From Bacteroidota bacterium (GTDB lineage: Bacteria > Bacteroidota > Bacteroidia > UKL13-3): a DNA stretch of 64,000 nt. The position numbers and the translations under genes are program-made. This document shows positions 18,229-28,389 of this stretch, in pieces. The DNA lies in assembly GCA_040387195.1 (NCBI GenBank), contig JAZKEF010000002.1, positions 64,607 to 128,606 of the forward strand, read 5' to 3'. Position 1 is the stretch's first letter, and every line of letters starts with the position of its first letter. The notes under the pieces are model-generated. The model searched no databases, had not been told where the DNA came from, and saw only the letters and a list, made by a program, of their open reading frames with translations.

Positions 18229-21159
18229 TTATCTCCCCTTTATGGATTCATAAATAACATCCTGAATACGGGTGCGCACATTCATTTCCACCAGTTTTTT
18301 GTTATCGGCCGATGGATGCACCCGGTTACTCAAAAACACATACACCAGGTTGTATTTCGGATCAACCCAAGCGCAGGTTCCTGTGAAACCTGTATGTCCG
18401 AATGCCATTGGTGAAACAGGCTTACTTACCGGTGAGGCTTTTTTAGGGTCGGTTTCCGGCTTGTCAAAACCCAAACCCCTCCGGTTATTTTTGGTTTGTT
18501 TTTTGGTAAATAAATGAACCGTTGCTTCTTTGATGATCCGCTTACCGCCATATTCTCCTCCATTCGCCAGCATTTGCATGATAATGCCCACATCATTAGC
18601 GCTGGCAAATAATCCTGCATGGCCGCTCACACCTCCCAGCATGGCAGCCGTTTGATCGTGCACATATCCGTCCAGTCGCTGCCACCTGAAAAAAGTATCA
18701 TCTTCCGTTGGCACAATCCAATCGGGGTTAATGCCTTTTTCAATTGGATTAAACACGAGATTGGCCAGGTTAAGGGGGGTATAAATATTGGACTGCAGAT
18801 AACTCTCAAAAGGCATCCCGCTCTGGCGTTCGACAACTTTTCGCAGCAGCATAAATCCCAGGTCGGAATAGACATAATCACCTGCCGGCTTCAGTTCTGA
18901 TAACTTAATATGCTGCCATAACATGGCCTCATAATCTTTATGCATGAAAAGATTTGCCGCCACCTGAATACAATAATCCGAATCCTTCATTTCGGCATAA
19001 ATAAGGTTACTGGGTTTGCCACCTTCGAGTGTTCGTTTATAGATGGGCATAAACGGAACCAACCCTGCCTGGTGCAATAAAACATCATGGATGGTCAGTT
19101 TGGCTTTGCTATTCCCTTTCAGTTCGGGCAAATATTCACCCAGCGTTGCTTCCAATTTAATTTTATGATCATCATATAACCGCATCACGGCTATGGTTGT
19201 TGATAGTATTTTTGTTAAAGATGCCACATCATACAGGTGGTAGTTTTTAACCGCTATCGCACTATCGTATGTATGGTAACCGAATGCCTTTTGGTAAATC
19301 ACTTTTCCATCCTTGGCTACCAATACCTGCGCTCCGGGAGTTGCACCTTTGCTAATGGCATCCATCACAACGGTATCAATCCACTGCAACGGAAAATGAT
19401 CCAGGTCCATTTCTTCCGGATAAATATATTCGAAGCGGTGAAGCGGCTCAGTTGTTTTTCCCATCCCCAGCGGAAATGTAGCATTTACGGTAACGGGTAG
19501 TTTTCCTTTAGCCGGAATTGCCCCAAAAAGCACCTCGGCAGCCAATTGATTGTATTGCTCCAGGTCTTCATAAGACAAAATAATATTACGGGCATCTTTA
19601 AAATGATCAAGGATATACGGATTGCCATTACAAACCAAAATCACCTTTTTATCCAGTGCCAGCACCTTGTTTATAAAATCAATTTGCAGTTGTGTAAGAC
19701 CAAGTTTTTTTGCCACAAACCTGCTCGTGTTTTGAAGACTGATTACAATCAGGTTGTATTGTTTTAAGGTGGTTAACAAGGTATCCCATCCTGCCGGTAC
19801 ATCCATTTTATCAACGCTATAGTAATCGGCCTTGATGTAATTCATGCACATTTCCTGAAATGCTGTTAGTTGATTTGACCCTACTGAAACAACTGCTTTT
19901 TGGTACAACTCAGGGTTTTCTATCGGAATAATATTGTCCTCATTTTTGACAACAACAATGGCCTGTTTAATTACTTTTTTAATTGACAGGTACGTGTTGC
20001 AACAATTCAAGTCTTCTGTGAGATTATTCAGGTTGATAGGCTGGTACCGATGCAGGCCTGCCCAATATTTAGCCATCAGTATTTTTTTACAACTCTTTTC
20101 CAACTGTTCTCTTGGAATAATGCTATCGTTCAGATATTGTTTAATCATGGCAATGGATGATGCCACATCCTCCACAAATTCCATCAAATCGTTTCCTGCA
20201 GCAAATGCTTTTGCGGTTATTTCTCCGGGTTGGTAGAAGTCGGTTACACCTTTCATGTTTAGTGCATCCGTCACCACAATGCCTTCAAAACCCATCTCTT
20301 CCTTTAACAGTGAGGTTACAACATTTTTTGATAAAGATGACGGCAGGTTTAACGTTGTATCTAATGCGGGTACATTTAAATGTGCGGTCATCACACACAT
20401 CACATCATTTTCGATTAATTCTTTAAACGGATACAACTCCAGTGAATCAAGGCGTTTTCTATCACCTTTTACCACCGGCAAACTGAAATGCGAATCTGTT
20501 TCCGTATCACCATGTCCGGGAAAATGTTTGGCACAAGCCATCACATGCTGGTTTTGCATTCCCTTAGCATACTGCATTCCAAGCCTTGCCACCCAATACT
20601 TGTTTTCTCCAAAAGAACGGTCATTTATAACCGGATTTTTGGGGTTGTTGTTCACATCAACATCGGGTGCAAAATTTACATGAATTCCTATACGCCTGCA
20701 TTGATTACCCACTGCAATCCCCATCTGGTATGCAGCCTCTTCATTTTGGGCACCACCCAACACCATCTGTCGTGGAAATACCAATACACTGTCGAGTCGC
20801 ATACCCACACCCCATTCTCCATCAATTCCAATAAGCAAAGGCACCTTGGCCTGCGATTGAAAATGGTTTGTTAATGCTGCCTGTTTGTTTGGATTGCCTT
20901 TGAAAAAAATAAGTCCGCCCACTTTTTGTTCCCTTACCGCGCATTCCACTTCCTTGATATGTGCAGAGTCCCTGTTTGAAAATGCCGCGATCATGATTAA
21001 CTGCGCAATCCGCTCATCTTCGGATAAACTTTCGTAAACAGAATCTACCCAGTTGTTGGATTTTTTCCAGTTGATGGCGTCCGACTGTGCCATTGCAGTG
21101 TAATCCGCGCAGCAGAGCAGAACAAGGATACATATAATTGAAACGAACGAATTCTTCAT
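18229..21159 (-). CDS. GH3 beta-N-acetylglucosaminidase fused to beta-lactamase-like serine hydrolase
   Basis: KHFPGHGDTETDSH (NagZ-type), VTDAL; C-terminal ASLTK (SxxK), YSDLG, HTGFTG. Confidence 0.92.
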   Translation of the reverse strand: MKNSFVSIICILVLLCCADYTAMAQSDAINWKKSNNWVDSVYESLSEDERIAQLIMIAAFSNRDSAHIKEVECAVREQKVGGLIFFKGNPNKQAALTNHFQSQAKVPLLIGIDGEWGVGMRLDSVLVFPRQMVLGGAQNEEAAYQMGIAVGNQCRRIGIHVNFAPDVDVNNNPKNPVINDRSFGENKYWVARLGMQYAKGMQNQHVMACAKHFPGHGDTETDSHFSLPVVKGDRKRLDSLELYPFKELIENDVMCVMTAHLNVPALDTTLNLPSSLSKNVVTSLLKEEMGFEGIVVTDALNMKGVTDFYQPGEITAKAFAAGNDLMEFVEDVASSIAMIKQYLNDSIIPREQLEKSCKKILMAKYWAGLHRYQPINLNNLTEDLNCCNTYLSIKKVIKQAIVVVKNEDNIIPIENPELYQKAVVSVGSNQLTAFQEMCMNYIKADYYSVDKMDVPAGWDTLLTTLKQYNLIVISLQNTSRFVAKKLGLTQLQIDFINKVLALDKKVILVCNGNPYILDHFKDARNIILSYEDLEQYNQLAAEVLFGAIPAKGKLPVTVNATFPLGMGKTTEPLHRFEYIYPEEMDLDHFPLQWIDTVVMDAISKGATPGAQVLVAKDGKVIYQKAFGYHTYDSAIAVKNYHLYDVASLTKILSTTIAVMRLYDDHKIKLEATLGEYLPELKGNSKAKLTIHDVLLHQAGLVPFMPIYKRTLEGGKPSNLIYAEMKDSDYCIQVAANLFMHKDYEAMLWQHIKLSELKPAGDYVYSDLGFMLLRKVVERQSGMPFESYLQSNIYTPLNLANLVFNPIEKGINPDWIVPTEDDTFFRWQRLDGYVHDQTAAMLGGVSGHAGLFASANDVGIIMQMLANGGEYGGKRIIKEATVHLFTKKQTKNNRRGLGFDKPETDPKKASPVSKPVSPMAFGHTGFTGTCAWVDPKYNLVYVFLSNRVHPSADNKKLVEMNVRTRIQDVIYESIKGR

Positions 21160-21385
21160 GAGTATGCCTGCAAAAAACGCTCATTTCGGTTGGTTTTGTA
21201 TCATTGAGGGAAGGGTAAATATCAACATTGGCCTGCATCAGTTAACCATTCCCTACACGCTGTTTATCGAACACCAATGCCTCTTAAGAACCACGAGTCC
21301 GATGTATGTTGTAACCTGCCGGAGTTTATCAACACTATTTTACAGCCCTGCAATAATGATTACCTTGCAGGCTGCAAATGAAGTT

Positions 21386-23200
21386 ATGAGCGATATAATA
21401 AAACTGTTGCCCGAGCATGTAGCCAATCAGATAGCTGCCGGAGAGGTGATTCAGCGACCGGCTTCCGTGGTAAAAGAATTACTTGAAAATGCCATTGATG
21501 CCGGGAGTACTGATATAAAACTAGTAATCAAGGAGGGTGGTAAAACATTTATTCAGGTAATTGATAATGGCAAGGGAATGTCGCCCAGTGATGCACGCAT
21601 GTGCTGGGAGCGCCATGCAACTTCCAAAATTGCCGCTGCAGAAGATATTTATAATATAAAAACCATGGGCTTCAGAGGGGAGGCACTTGCTTCCATTGCT
21701 TCCGTTGCACAGGTTGAAATGAAAACCAAACGGACTGAAGATAGTGTGGGAACGCTGATCCTGATAGAGGGTTCGGAAGTAAAAAAACAGGAATCCTTTG
21801 CTGGCAATACAGGAACAAGTCTCACCATCAAAAACCTCTTTTATAATATCCCTGCCCGCAGAAATTTTTTGAAGTCCAATCCTGTGGAAACACGCCATAT
21901 TATGGATGAATTCCTGCGCGTGGCACTGGCCAATCCGGATATTGCATTAAGCATGTACAACAATGATGCGGATGTTTACCTGTTGCCTAAAGGAAATTTG
22001 CAAAAACGCATTCAGGATGTATTCAGCTATAAATCGCCCGAACAGATTCTTCCTGCTGATGAGGCTACAACCATTATCAATATTCACGGGTTCATTGGAA
22101 AACCTGAAAACGCAAGGAAAACAAGAGGTGAGCAGTATTTTTTTGTAAACAAACGGTTCATTAAGGATGCCTACCTCAACCATGCTGTTGCCAGTTGTTT
22201 TGAAAACCTGATGCCTAAAGACCAATATCCATTTTATGTATTGCATATTGATATTGACCCGGCACAAATTGATGTGAATGTGCATCCCACAAAAACTGAA
22301 ATCAAGTTCGAGGACGAACGTTCCGTTTATCAGATCGTAAGAGCCGTTGCTAAAAAAGCCATCGGTCAGCATTACCATGTTCCAACTTATGAACCTGCAA
22401 GTGAGGATACTTTTTTAAACCTATCACGCCCTGATCTTCCAACCTCATTTGCATCAACACCCGAACGCAAGGGATCTGATCCGTTTACCAAAAACACATT
22501 CTCAAAACCTGCCGAAAAACAAGACTGGCAGGAGCTTTTTAATGTGATGAACAAACAGGGAGATGTGGTTGGAAAGTCGTTTGCTCCCCAGCGAAATGAG
22601 GAACTCCGGCAGGCAGCACTCACACCCGAAATAATCACCCGGCAGGTGATGCAGGTACACCAAAGCCTGATTATCGCTCAAATAAAATCCGGCATTTTGC
22701 TCATTGATCAGCAAGCGGCACATGAACGAATTTTGTATGAAAAATACCTGATTGCCCTTGAAAAAAACCCGGTTGCAAGCCAACAAAAACTATTTCCCAA
22801 AACCATTTCCCTGCAGCCTGCCGATGAACAACTGCTCTTGGAAATGATGTCCGAAATCCGTGCATTGGGTTTTGACATCAACGAATTTGGCAGACATACT
22901 TTTGCGGTTAACGGAGTACCCGCAGAACTCAATAATTACAACGAGCAGGATTTGATTGTCCAATTGATTGAAGGATACAAAAACCAATCAGCAACATCGT
23001 TAAATAAAAAAGAAAAAATTGCTCGATCCCTTTCCAAACGGGCCTCCACAAAAACAGGAACAACGCTCAACAGTGAAGAAATGAATACCCTTATTGATGA
23101 ATTATTTGCATGCAAAGAACCCAACTATGCTCCCGATGGAAAGGTCTGTTTAACAACATTAAGTCTGCAGCAGTTGTTTGAATTGTTAGGTAAAAAATAA
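21386..23200 (+). CDS. mutL: DNA mismatch repair endonuclease MutL
   Basis: MSDIIKLLP...NQIAAGEVIQRPASVVKELLENAIDA, GFRGEAL, DVNVHPTK, DQQAAHERILYE; start at 21386. Confidence 0.97.
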   Translation: MSDIIKLLPEHVANQIAAGEVIQRPASVVKELLENAIDAGSTDIKLVIKEGGKTFIQVIDNGKGMSPSDARMCWERHATSKIAAAEDIYNIKTMGFRGEALASIASVAQVEMKTKRTEDSVGTLILIEGSEVKKQESFAGNTGTSLTIKNLFYNIPARRNFLKSNPVETRHIMDEFLRVALANPDIALSMYNNDADVYLLPKGNLQKRIQDVFSYKSPEQILPADEATTIINIHGFIGKPENARKTRGEQYFFVNKRFIKDAYLNHAVASCFENLMPKDQYPFYVLHIDIDPAQIDVNVHPTKTEIKFEDERSVYQIVRAVAKKAIGQHYHVPTYEPASEDTFLNLSRPDLPTSFASTPERKGSDPFTKNTFSKPAEKQDWQELFNVMNKQGDVVGKSFAPQRNEELRQAALTPEIITRQVMQVHQSLIIAQIKSGILLIDQQAAHERILYEKYLIALEKNPVASQQKLFPKTISLQPADEQLLLEMMSEIRALGFDINEFGRHTFAVNGVPAELNNYNEQDLIVQLIEGYKNQSATSLNKKEKIARSLSKRASTKTGTTLNSEEMNTLIDELFACKEPNYAPDGKVCLTTLSLQQLFELLGKK

Positions 23201-23207
23201 TTTGTTC

Positions 23208-23642
23208 TTAGTTCTTTTCTACCACCACGCTTCCTGCGGCCAAATCGTGCATGGCTCTTTTATGATTATTAAAATGAATAGTTAGGAAAGATATCCAGCC
23301 CAATAAAGATTTAACTATGACCCTGATGAACGAATTCAATAACGAAATCCTTTGAGTTTCATCACCGGCTCTTCTCACTCTTATTTTCATTACATAATTA
23401 CCCAATGTGCATCCATAAGCAACACAAAGAGGTTCGTATAACACCCAAAATCCATAAACCATTAAACCCTTAACCAAACCGGGAATTTCTTCATTATCCC
23501 CAAGCACTCCTGCAATTGTAAACATGACTAGTATGAGTAATAATACATCAACAAAAATGGATTGGACCCTTTTCAATAAAGAGGGATAATGAGCATCTTC
23601 CATAACCGGTGAAATATGCTCTTGCTGGATAACTCGTTTCAT
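23208..23642 (-). CDS. RDD family membrane protein
   Basis: KRVQSIFVD, GCTLGNYVMKIRV, RAMHDLAAGSVVV; start uncertain. Confidence 0.85.
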   Translation of the reverse strand: MKRVIQQEHISPVMEDAHYPSLLKRVQSIFVDVLLLILVMFTIAGVLGDNEEIPGLVKGLMVYGFWVLYEPLCVAYGCTLGNYVMKIRVRRAGDETQRISLLNSFIRVIVKSLLGWISFLTIHFNNHKRAMHDLAAGSVVVEKN

Positions 23643-23769
23643 AAACTCTGCGTTTATATGCAATAAAGTGAATTCCATGTACCTTAACAAGCAGATCTAG
23701 TTAAGTAGTACTGCACCGCATATTTGCGGACTCTATTATTGGGTACAGGATTCTGCACCATACGTCTTG

Positions 23770-25761
23770 TTACTCCGGTAATATTTCCGTTACCCTACCT
23801 TCTTCGTCAATGATGATAGAATCAGTTTGAAGGGTATCGGCACTGATTTTAATAAACCCCTTTGCAGGTCCGGTTATGGTAATGGGTTGCGACAAATACG
23901 CTGTATCTGCCGGTTCCAACACTGCCCTGCGCAACATGAGGTTGCTGAGAAAAGTAAACTGGCGGCTTGCAAATTCCTTCAGGTTTCCATCCTTGCCAAA
24001 GCGCCACATAAATCCTTTAGGACGGGGAATGATGGTGGCTAAAAACAAACATTCATTTAATGTAAGTTCAGAAGGTCGTTTCTGGAAATAGAATTGAGAT
24101 GCTTCACCGATACCATAAACATTAGGTCCCCATTCAATGATGTTAAAGTATACTTCCAGCATTCGTTCCTTTGAACTGATACGGTTGTTCTCCAAAATAT
24201 ATACGAGCAGAATTTCTTCCAGCTTACGCGATATCGTTTTTTCCCTGGTGAGAAATACATTTTTTACCAGCTGCATACTAATGGTACTTGCTCCTCTGGC
24301 AAATTTCCGTTGGCGTATATTTTTGATAATCGATTGGCGAAATGCTTCGTCAATAAATCCCCGGTGGTAAAAAAATGAAGGATCTTCGGTGGTAAGCACA
24401 CACTTGCGCAGATAAGGTGACAGCTGATCTAATCTTGTATAATTGGGATTAGCCGTACTCACTAAAATAGGTCGCTGCGGTCTTCCTCTTTCCATCGGTG
24501 TATACACAAAATCACCATTCAGTTTACTCAGATTGGCTTCTCCGTATTTCACAATCCGCAAACCAGTTTTGTTGAGTGTGCTTTCAAATACCAACTCCTG
24601 AGGTTTGTTTTCATTGTAAACAAAATCCAATTTATAATTAAAACTCCCCATCGTTTCCATCCCTTTAAAATGAGAGAACAATCCTTCGGGAAGAGAGGTG
24701 ATAAAATCCTGAGCCTGCATATCGGGTATCGTAACATGCATTTCATAAACAGTATCTTCCTGCGTGCGCAAAGCAATAAACGGAATAAAGGTCACTTTAT
24801 TAAACTTTACACTCGAAGTGCTGTCGAGCTGAATAAAATCAGCCCCAGCGATAAAATGATAATCAAACCTTGCATCCTCAATAACCACATCCTTCTTCGC
24901 AATTTTCGGGTGGTTGATGATAAAATTCCGGATGGATGCAAATCCTTCAATGTGCAATTCGTCTCCATCTAAATCCACATTTTTCAAATTCAGCTGAATG
25001 GAATCAAAGCCCGAAATAAGGTTGAGGCGTTCATCAACATACGGAATACGGATATGGCCTGTATCGAGGTTAAAAAAAGAAAGATCAGCCTTTTTATCTC
25101 TTGGGTCTGCGGTTCCCTGAATACCCCAGCGCTGCTTAAAAGTATTGGTGTTTACCAGAATGGTTGATTGCAATTGCTCATCAATGAGTGTGAGTTTTTG
25201 CAGGTGCATTTCTACCTTGCGCCCCATATCATCGGTACGCAGTGCAAGGTTCTCCAGACTCATATGGGTTGGTACCAAATTGAGCATTCTGGAAATAAGC
25301 CTGTACGCGAGTTTGGCATAATTGGTTTTGGTTCCCGATTCAATCTCAGACTCAACCGCAGCAGAATCATTTGTTTGGCTTAAAAACACATCGAAATTTC
25401 TACCGTTTTCATTTTTAACCAACTGCACAAATCCGTCTTTTACTTCCAGATCTTTTAAGCGTACATCACCAATCAGTGCATACCAAAAACTAATACTGGC
25501 GTTTAAATGTGCTATGCTGAACAGGGTATCTGCATTGTGAGGTACAAGAATCACATTTTCCAGCTCCACACCGGCAAGGCCACTAAAAGAAGCATCCTGT
25601 ACCAAAAACAAACTGTTGTAATCGGTCTTAACTTTTGCTGATACTTTCTCGAGAGCACGATGGAGCAATATGTTGCGGAAAGCAAAAAAGGCAATCACCA
25701 CAAGCACAAAAAAAACACCGATAACTTTTATTCCGGTTACCAGTGTTTTTTTCCAATTCAT
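23770..25761 (-). CDS. Peptidoglycan transglycosylase (GT51) with long N-terminal periplasmic region
   Basis: N-terminal TM; EDPSFFYHRG, GASTISMQLVKN, RKLEE, KERMLEVYFN; no transpeptidase domain. Confidence 0.88.
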   Translation of the reverse strand: MNWKKTLVTGIKVIGVFFVLVVIAFFAFRNILLHRALEKVSAKVKTDYNSLFLVQDASFSGLAGVELENVILVPHNADTLFSIAHLNASISFWYALIGDVRLKDLEVKDGFVQLVKNENGRNFDVFLSQTNDSAAVESEIESGTKTNYAKLAYRLISRMLNLVPTHMSLENLALRTDDMGRKVEMHLQKLTLIDEQLQSTILVNTNTFKQRWGIQGTADPRDKKADLSFFNLDTGHIRIPYVDERLNLISGFDSIQLNLKNVDLDGDELHIEGFASIRNFIINHPKIAKKDVVIEDARFDYHFIAGADFIQLDSTSSVKFNKVTFIPFIALRTQEDTVYEMHVTIPDMQAQDFITSLPEGLFSHFKGMETMGSFNYKLDFVYNENKPQELVFESTLNKTGLRIVKYGEANLSKLNGDFVYTPMERGRPQRPILVSTANPNYTRLDQLSPYLRKCVLTTEDPSFFYHRGFIDEAFRQSIIKNIRQRKFARGASTISMQLVKNVFLTREKTISRKLEEILLVYILENNRISSKERMLEVYFNIIEWGPNVYGIGEASQFYFQKRPSELTLNECLFLATIIPRPKGFMWRFGKDGNLKEFASRQFTFLSNLMLRRAVLEPADTAYLSQPITITGPAKGFIKISADTLQTDSIIIDEEGRVTEILPE

Positions 25762-25800
25762 CGTTGTATAATTTTTTGTTGTTGTAAAATAGTACCCTAA

Positions 25801-25850
25801 TGTCACATTGTCCCGATAGCTATCAGGGCTTCGATGAACTCAGCCTGACA
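25801..25850. repeat. Composite REP-like element
   Basis: tgtca...tgaca ends enclosing tcccgatagctatcaggg and cttcgatgaactcagcc. Confidence 0.55.
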
Positions 25851-25855
25851 TACTC

Positions 25856-25905
25856 CTCAAATCACAATTCTCGAAATCTCAAATCGTAATTCGCAATTTT
25901 CAAAT
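25856..25905. repeat. Tandem heptamer repeats
   Basis: ctcaaat cacaatt ctcgaaat ctcaaat cgtaatt cgcaatt ttcaaat. Confidence 0.65.
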
Positions 25906-25907
25906 AA

Positions 25908-26474
25908 TTATACGTGCATTACCTCTGCTTCTTTGGCAGCGGTTAAGTCATCAATTTTTTTGATGTATATATCTGTATTTTTTTGAACCTGTGTCTCTGC
26001 AACTTTCGCCTCGTCTTCAGGTAAACCATCTTTTTGCAGTCGTTTGATAGCCTCGTTCACATCCTTGCGGATATTGCGCACTGCAACCTTGGCATTTTCT
26101 GCCTCTGCCTTAACTTTCTTTACAATTTCCTTTCTGCGGTCTTCGGTAAGCATGGGTAATGTAATGCGGATGATGGTTCCGTCATTGCTTGGCGTGAACC
26201 CTAAATTAGCAATCACAATGCCCTTTTCGATAGCCTGCAATACTGTTTTTTCCCATGGTTGTACCGTAATGGTGCGTGCATCGGGCGTGGTGATATTACC
26301 TACCTGGCTCAATGGAACCATTTCTCCATAATATTCTACCTTCACCGCATCCAGCATGCTTGGGTGTGATTTCCCTGCACGGATTTTGGTAAACTCATTA
26401 GCTGCATGGTCAATCGCTTTGTCCATTGCAACTTTCATATCGTCAAATACGGTCTTTACTCTTGGGTCGCTCAT
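25908..26474 (-). CDS. frr: Ribosome recycling factor
   Basis: IRAGK.HPSMLD.VKVEYYG, QPWEK, LGFTPSNDG, LTEDRRKE, VAVRNIR. Confidence 0.97.
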   Translation of the reverse strand: MSDPRVKTVFDDMKVAMDKAIDHAANEFTKIRAGKSHPSMLDAVKVEYYGEMVPLSQVGNITTPDARTITVQPWEKTVLQAIEKGIVIANLGFTPSNDGTIIRITLPMLTEDRRKEIVKKVKAEAENAKVAVRNIRKDVNEAIKRLQKDGLPEDEAKVAETQVQKNTDIYIKKIDDLTAAKEAEVMHV

Positions 26475-26518
26475 ACTGATTGTTCTGATTTATAAGAATT
26501 CGAAAATACTGTTTTTTA

Positions 26519-26610
26519 GTTATTTGTTATTCGGTTAATATGTTATTGGGTTAATGTGCTATTCAGCTATATGCTTTTCAATAACCAATACCTCAATAAC
26601 CTAATAACTA
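26519..26610. repeat. Inverted arrays of about 8-mer repeats
   Basis: gttatttgttattcggttaatatgttattgggttaa facing caataaccaatacctcaataacctaataac. Confidence 0.6.
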
Positions 26611-27315
26611 ATGCACCAACGTACCCACCGCTTCACCCGAACATACACGCAGGAAATTACCTTCCTTGTTCATGTCGAATACCACAATCGGTAAATTGTT
26701 CTCCTGACAAAGGGTGATGGCTGTTAAATCCATCACGTTCAGGCCTTTTTCATATACTTCGCTAAAGGTGATGTTTTCGTAACGGGTTGCTGTTTTATCT
26801 TTCTCCGGATCGGCTGTGTAAATACCATCAACCCGCGTTCCTTTTAATACTAAGTCAGCTTGAATTTCTACGGCACGCAACGAAGCTGCCGAATCGGTTG
26901 TGAAATACGGATTACCGGTTCCGGCTCCAAAAATCACCACACGACCTTTTTCCAGGTGGCGCATGGCACGTCTGCGGATGAAGGGTTCACAGATCTGTTC
27001 CATTTTGATGGCCGATAACAAACGTGTTTTAATACCCACACGCTCCAATGCACCTTGTAATGCCATCGAATTGATAACGGTAGCCAGCATGCCCATATAA
27101 TCGCCTTGAGCCCTATCCACAATACCTCCGGCAACACCTTGTACACCCCTGAAAATATTTCCGCCTCCGATAACGATGGCTACTTCAACTCCTTTGTCGG
27201 TTACGGTTTTAATATCTTTAGCATATTGATCTAAAATTTTAGCATCAATGCCGTATTGTTGGTCGCCCATCAGCGATTCTCCGCTCAGTTTAAGCAGTAC
27301 GCGTTTGTATTTCAT
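26608..27315 (-). CDS. pyrH: Uridylate kinase
   Basis: [37 protein letters not shown]. Confidence 0.98.
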   Translation of the reverse strand: MKYKRVLLKLSGESLMGDQQYGIDAKILDQYAKDIKTVTDKGVEVAIVIGGGNIFRGVQGVAGGIVDRAQGDYMGMLATVINSMALQGALERVGIKTRLLSAIKMEQICEPFIRRRAMRHLEKGRVVIFGAGTGNPYFTTDSAASLRAVEIQADLVLKGTRVDGIYTADPEKDKTATRYENITFSEVYEKGLNVMDLTAITLCQENNLPIVVFDMNKEGNFLRVCSGEAVGTLVH

Positions 27316-27426
27316 GAAATGGAATGGATTAAAATCAGCGCAAATTAGGGGAATTTAAATGGAAAAAAAATTTCATTCGCACATAGCTCCTATCCCGACT
27401 GACATTGCTCTGGAAATCATCGAAAC

Positions 27427-27461
27427 AAAAACGCCCCGTTCCAACTGGAACGAGGCGTTTT
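27427..27461 (-). terminator. Intrinsic terminator after tsf
   Basis: aaaaacgccccgttcca-ac-tggaacgaggcgtttt hairpin with T tract on minus strand. Confidence 0.85.
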
Positions 27462-27483
27462 ATTTTAAGTATCCTAATTCGGA

Positions 27484-28317
27484 TTAACCTAAAGCAACAC
27501 GTTTGAATGCTTTTACGGTTAAGCCTTTCTCAACACCATCCAACATTTGAGCGATGGTTTTTGAACTGTCCTTTACAAATTCCTGATTCAACAATGTAGA
27601 CTCTTTGTAGAATTTACCCAATTTACCTTCAGCAATTTTATCGATCATGTTTTCAGGTTTTCCTTCAGCACGTACTTGCTCTTTCGCTACTTCAATTTCG
27701 CGTGCAACTACTGATGCATCTACATCACCTTTATCCAATGCCAATGGGTTCAACGCAGCAATTTGCATCGCTACATCTTTACCGGCAACAAAGTTATTTT
27801 CGCTTGGAGCTGAAGTTAATGAAACCAATACACCTAAACGATTACCCGCATGGATGTAAGGAACAACGTTATCGCCTTCCAGCATTTCGTAGCGTGTTAC
27901 ATCTACTTTCTCGCCAATCTTACCAACTTGCTCCATTAAACGTTCAGCAAGTGGCATGCTTCCCATTGTCAATGCTTTTAAAGCATCCAGATCAGCAGGC
28001 TTGTTAGCCAAGGCCAAATCAGCTACTTCGTTAGCAAATGCTACGAAATCTTCGTTTTTAGCAACGAAATCTGTCTCGCAACTCAATAAGATAACCACAC
28101 CTGTTTTTTTATCGGCCGAAGTTTTAGCAATAACTGCACCTTCTTTAGCGTCACGATCTGCGCGGGCAGCCGAAATTTTTTGTCCTTTTTTACGTAGGTA
28201 ATCAACTGCAGCATCAAAGTCACCGTTGGTTTCGGTCAATGCTTTTTTGCAATCCATCATCCCTGCACCGGTCAATTGGCGCAATTTGTTTACGTCAGCA
28301 GCACTAATAGTACTCAT
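27484..28317 (-). CDS. tsf: Translation elongation factor Ts
   Basis: VNKLRQLTGAGMMDCKKAL, CETDFVAKN; start at MSTISAAD. Confidence 0.98.
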   Translation of the reverse strand: MSTISAADVNKLRQLTGAGMMDCKKALTETNGDFDAAVDYLRKKGQKISAARADRDAKEGAVIAKTSADKKTGVVILLSCETDFVAKNEDFVAFANEVADLALANKPADLDALKALTMGSMPLAERLMEQVGKIGEKVDVTRYEMLEGDNVVPYIHAGNRLGVLVSLTSAPSENNFVAGKDVAMQIAALNPLALDKGDVDASVVAREIEVAKEQVRAEGKPENMIDKIAEGKLGKFYKESTLLNQEFVKDSSKTIAQMLDGVEKGLTVKAFKRVALG

Positions 28318-28357
28318 AGTATGTTCTTTCTTTAAAGTTTTTGTTAAAAAATAATTC

Positions 28358-28384
28358 AAAAAAAATCGGCCTAAGCCGATTTTT
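28358..28384 (-). terminator. Terminator/attenuator between rpsB and tsf
   Basis: Minus strand aaaaatcggc-ttag-gccgatttttttt. Confidence 0.75.
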
Positions 28385-28389
28385 CAATG

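Noticed and set aside
18229-19400. Beta-lactamase domain as an antibiotic-resistance gene
   Set aside because: Fusion to a NagZ-type GH3 points to cell-wall turnover; there is no evidence of resistance function.
21158-21385. Long N-terminal extensions on mutL (also fbaB, idi, tsf, rplM, LamG)
   Set aside because: Longest-ORF artefacts running through promoter regions; family-typical starts lie downstream.
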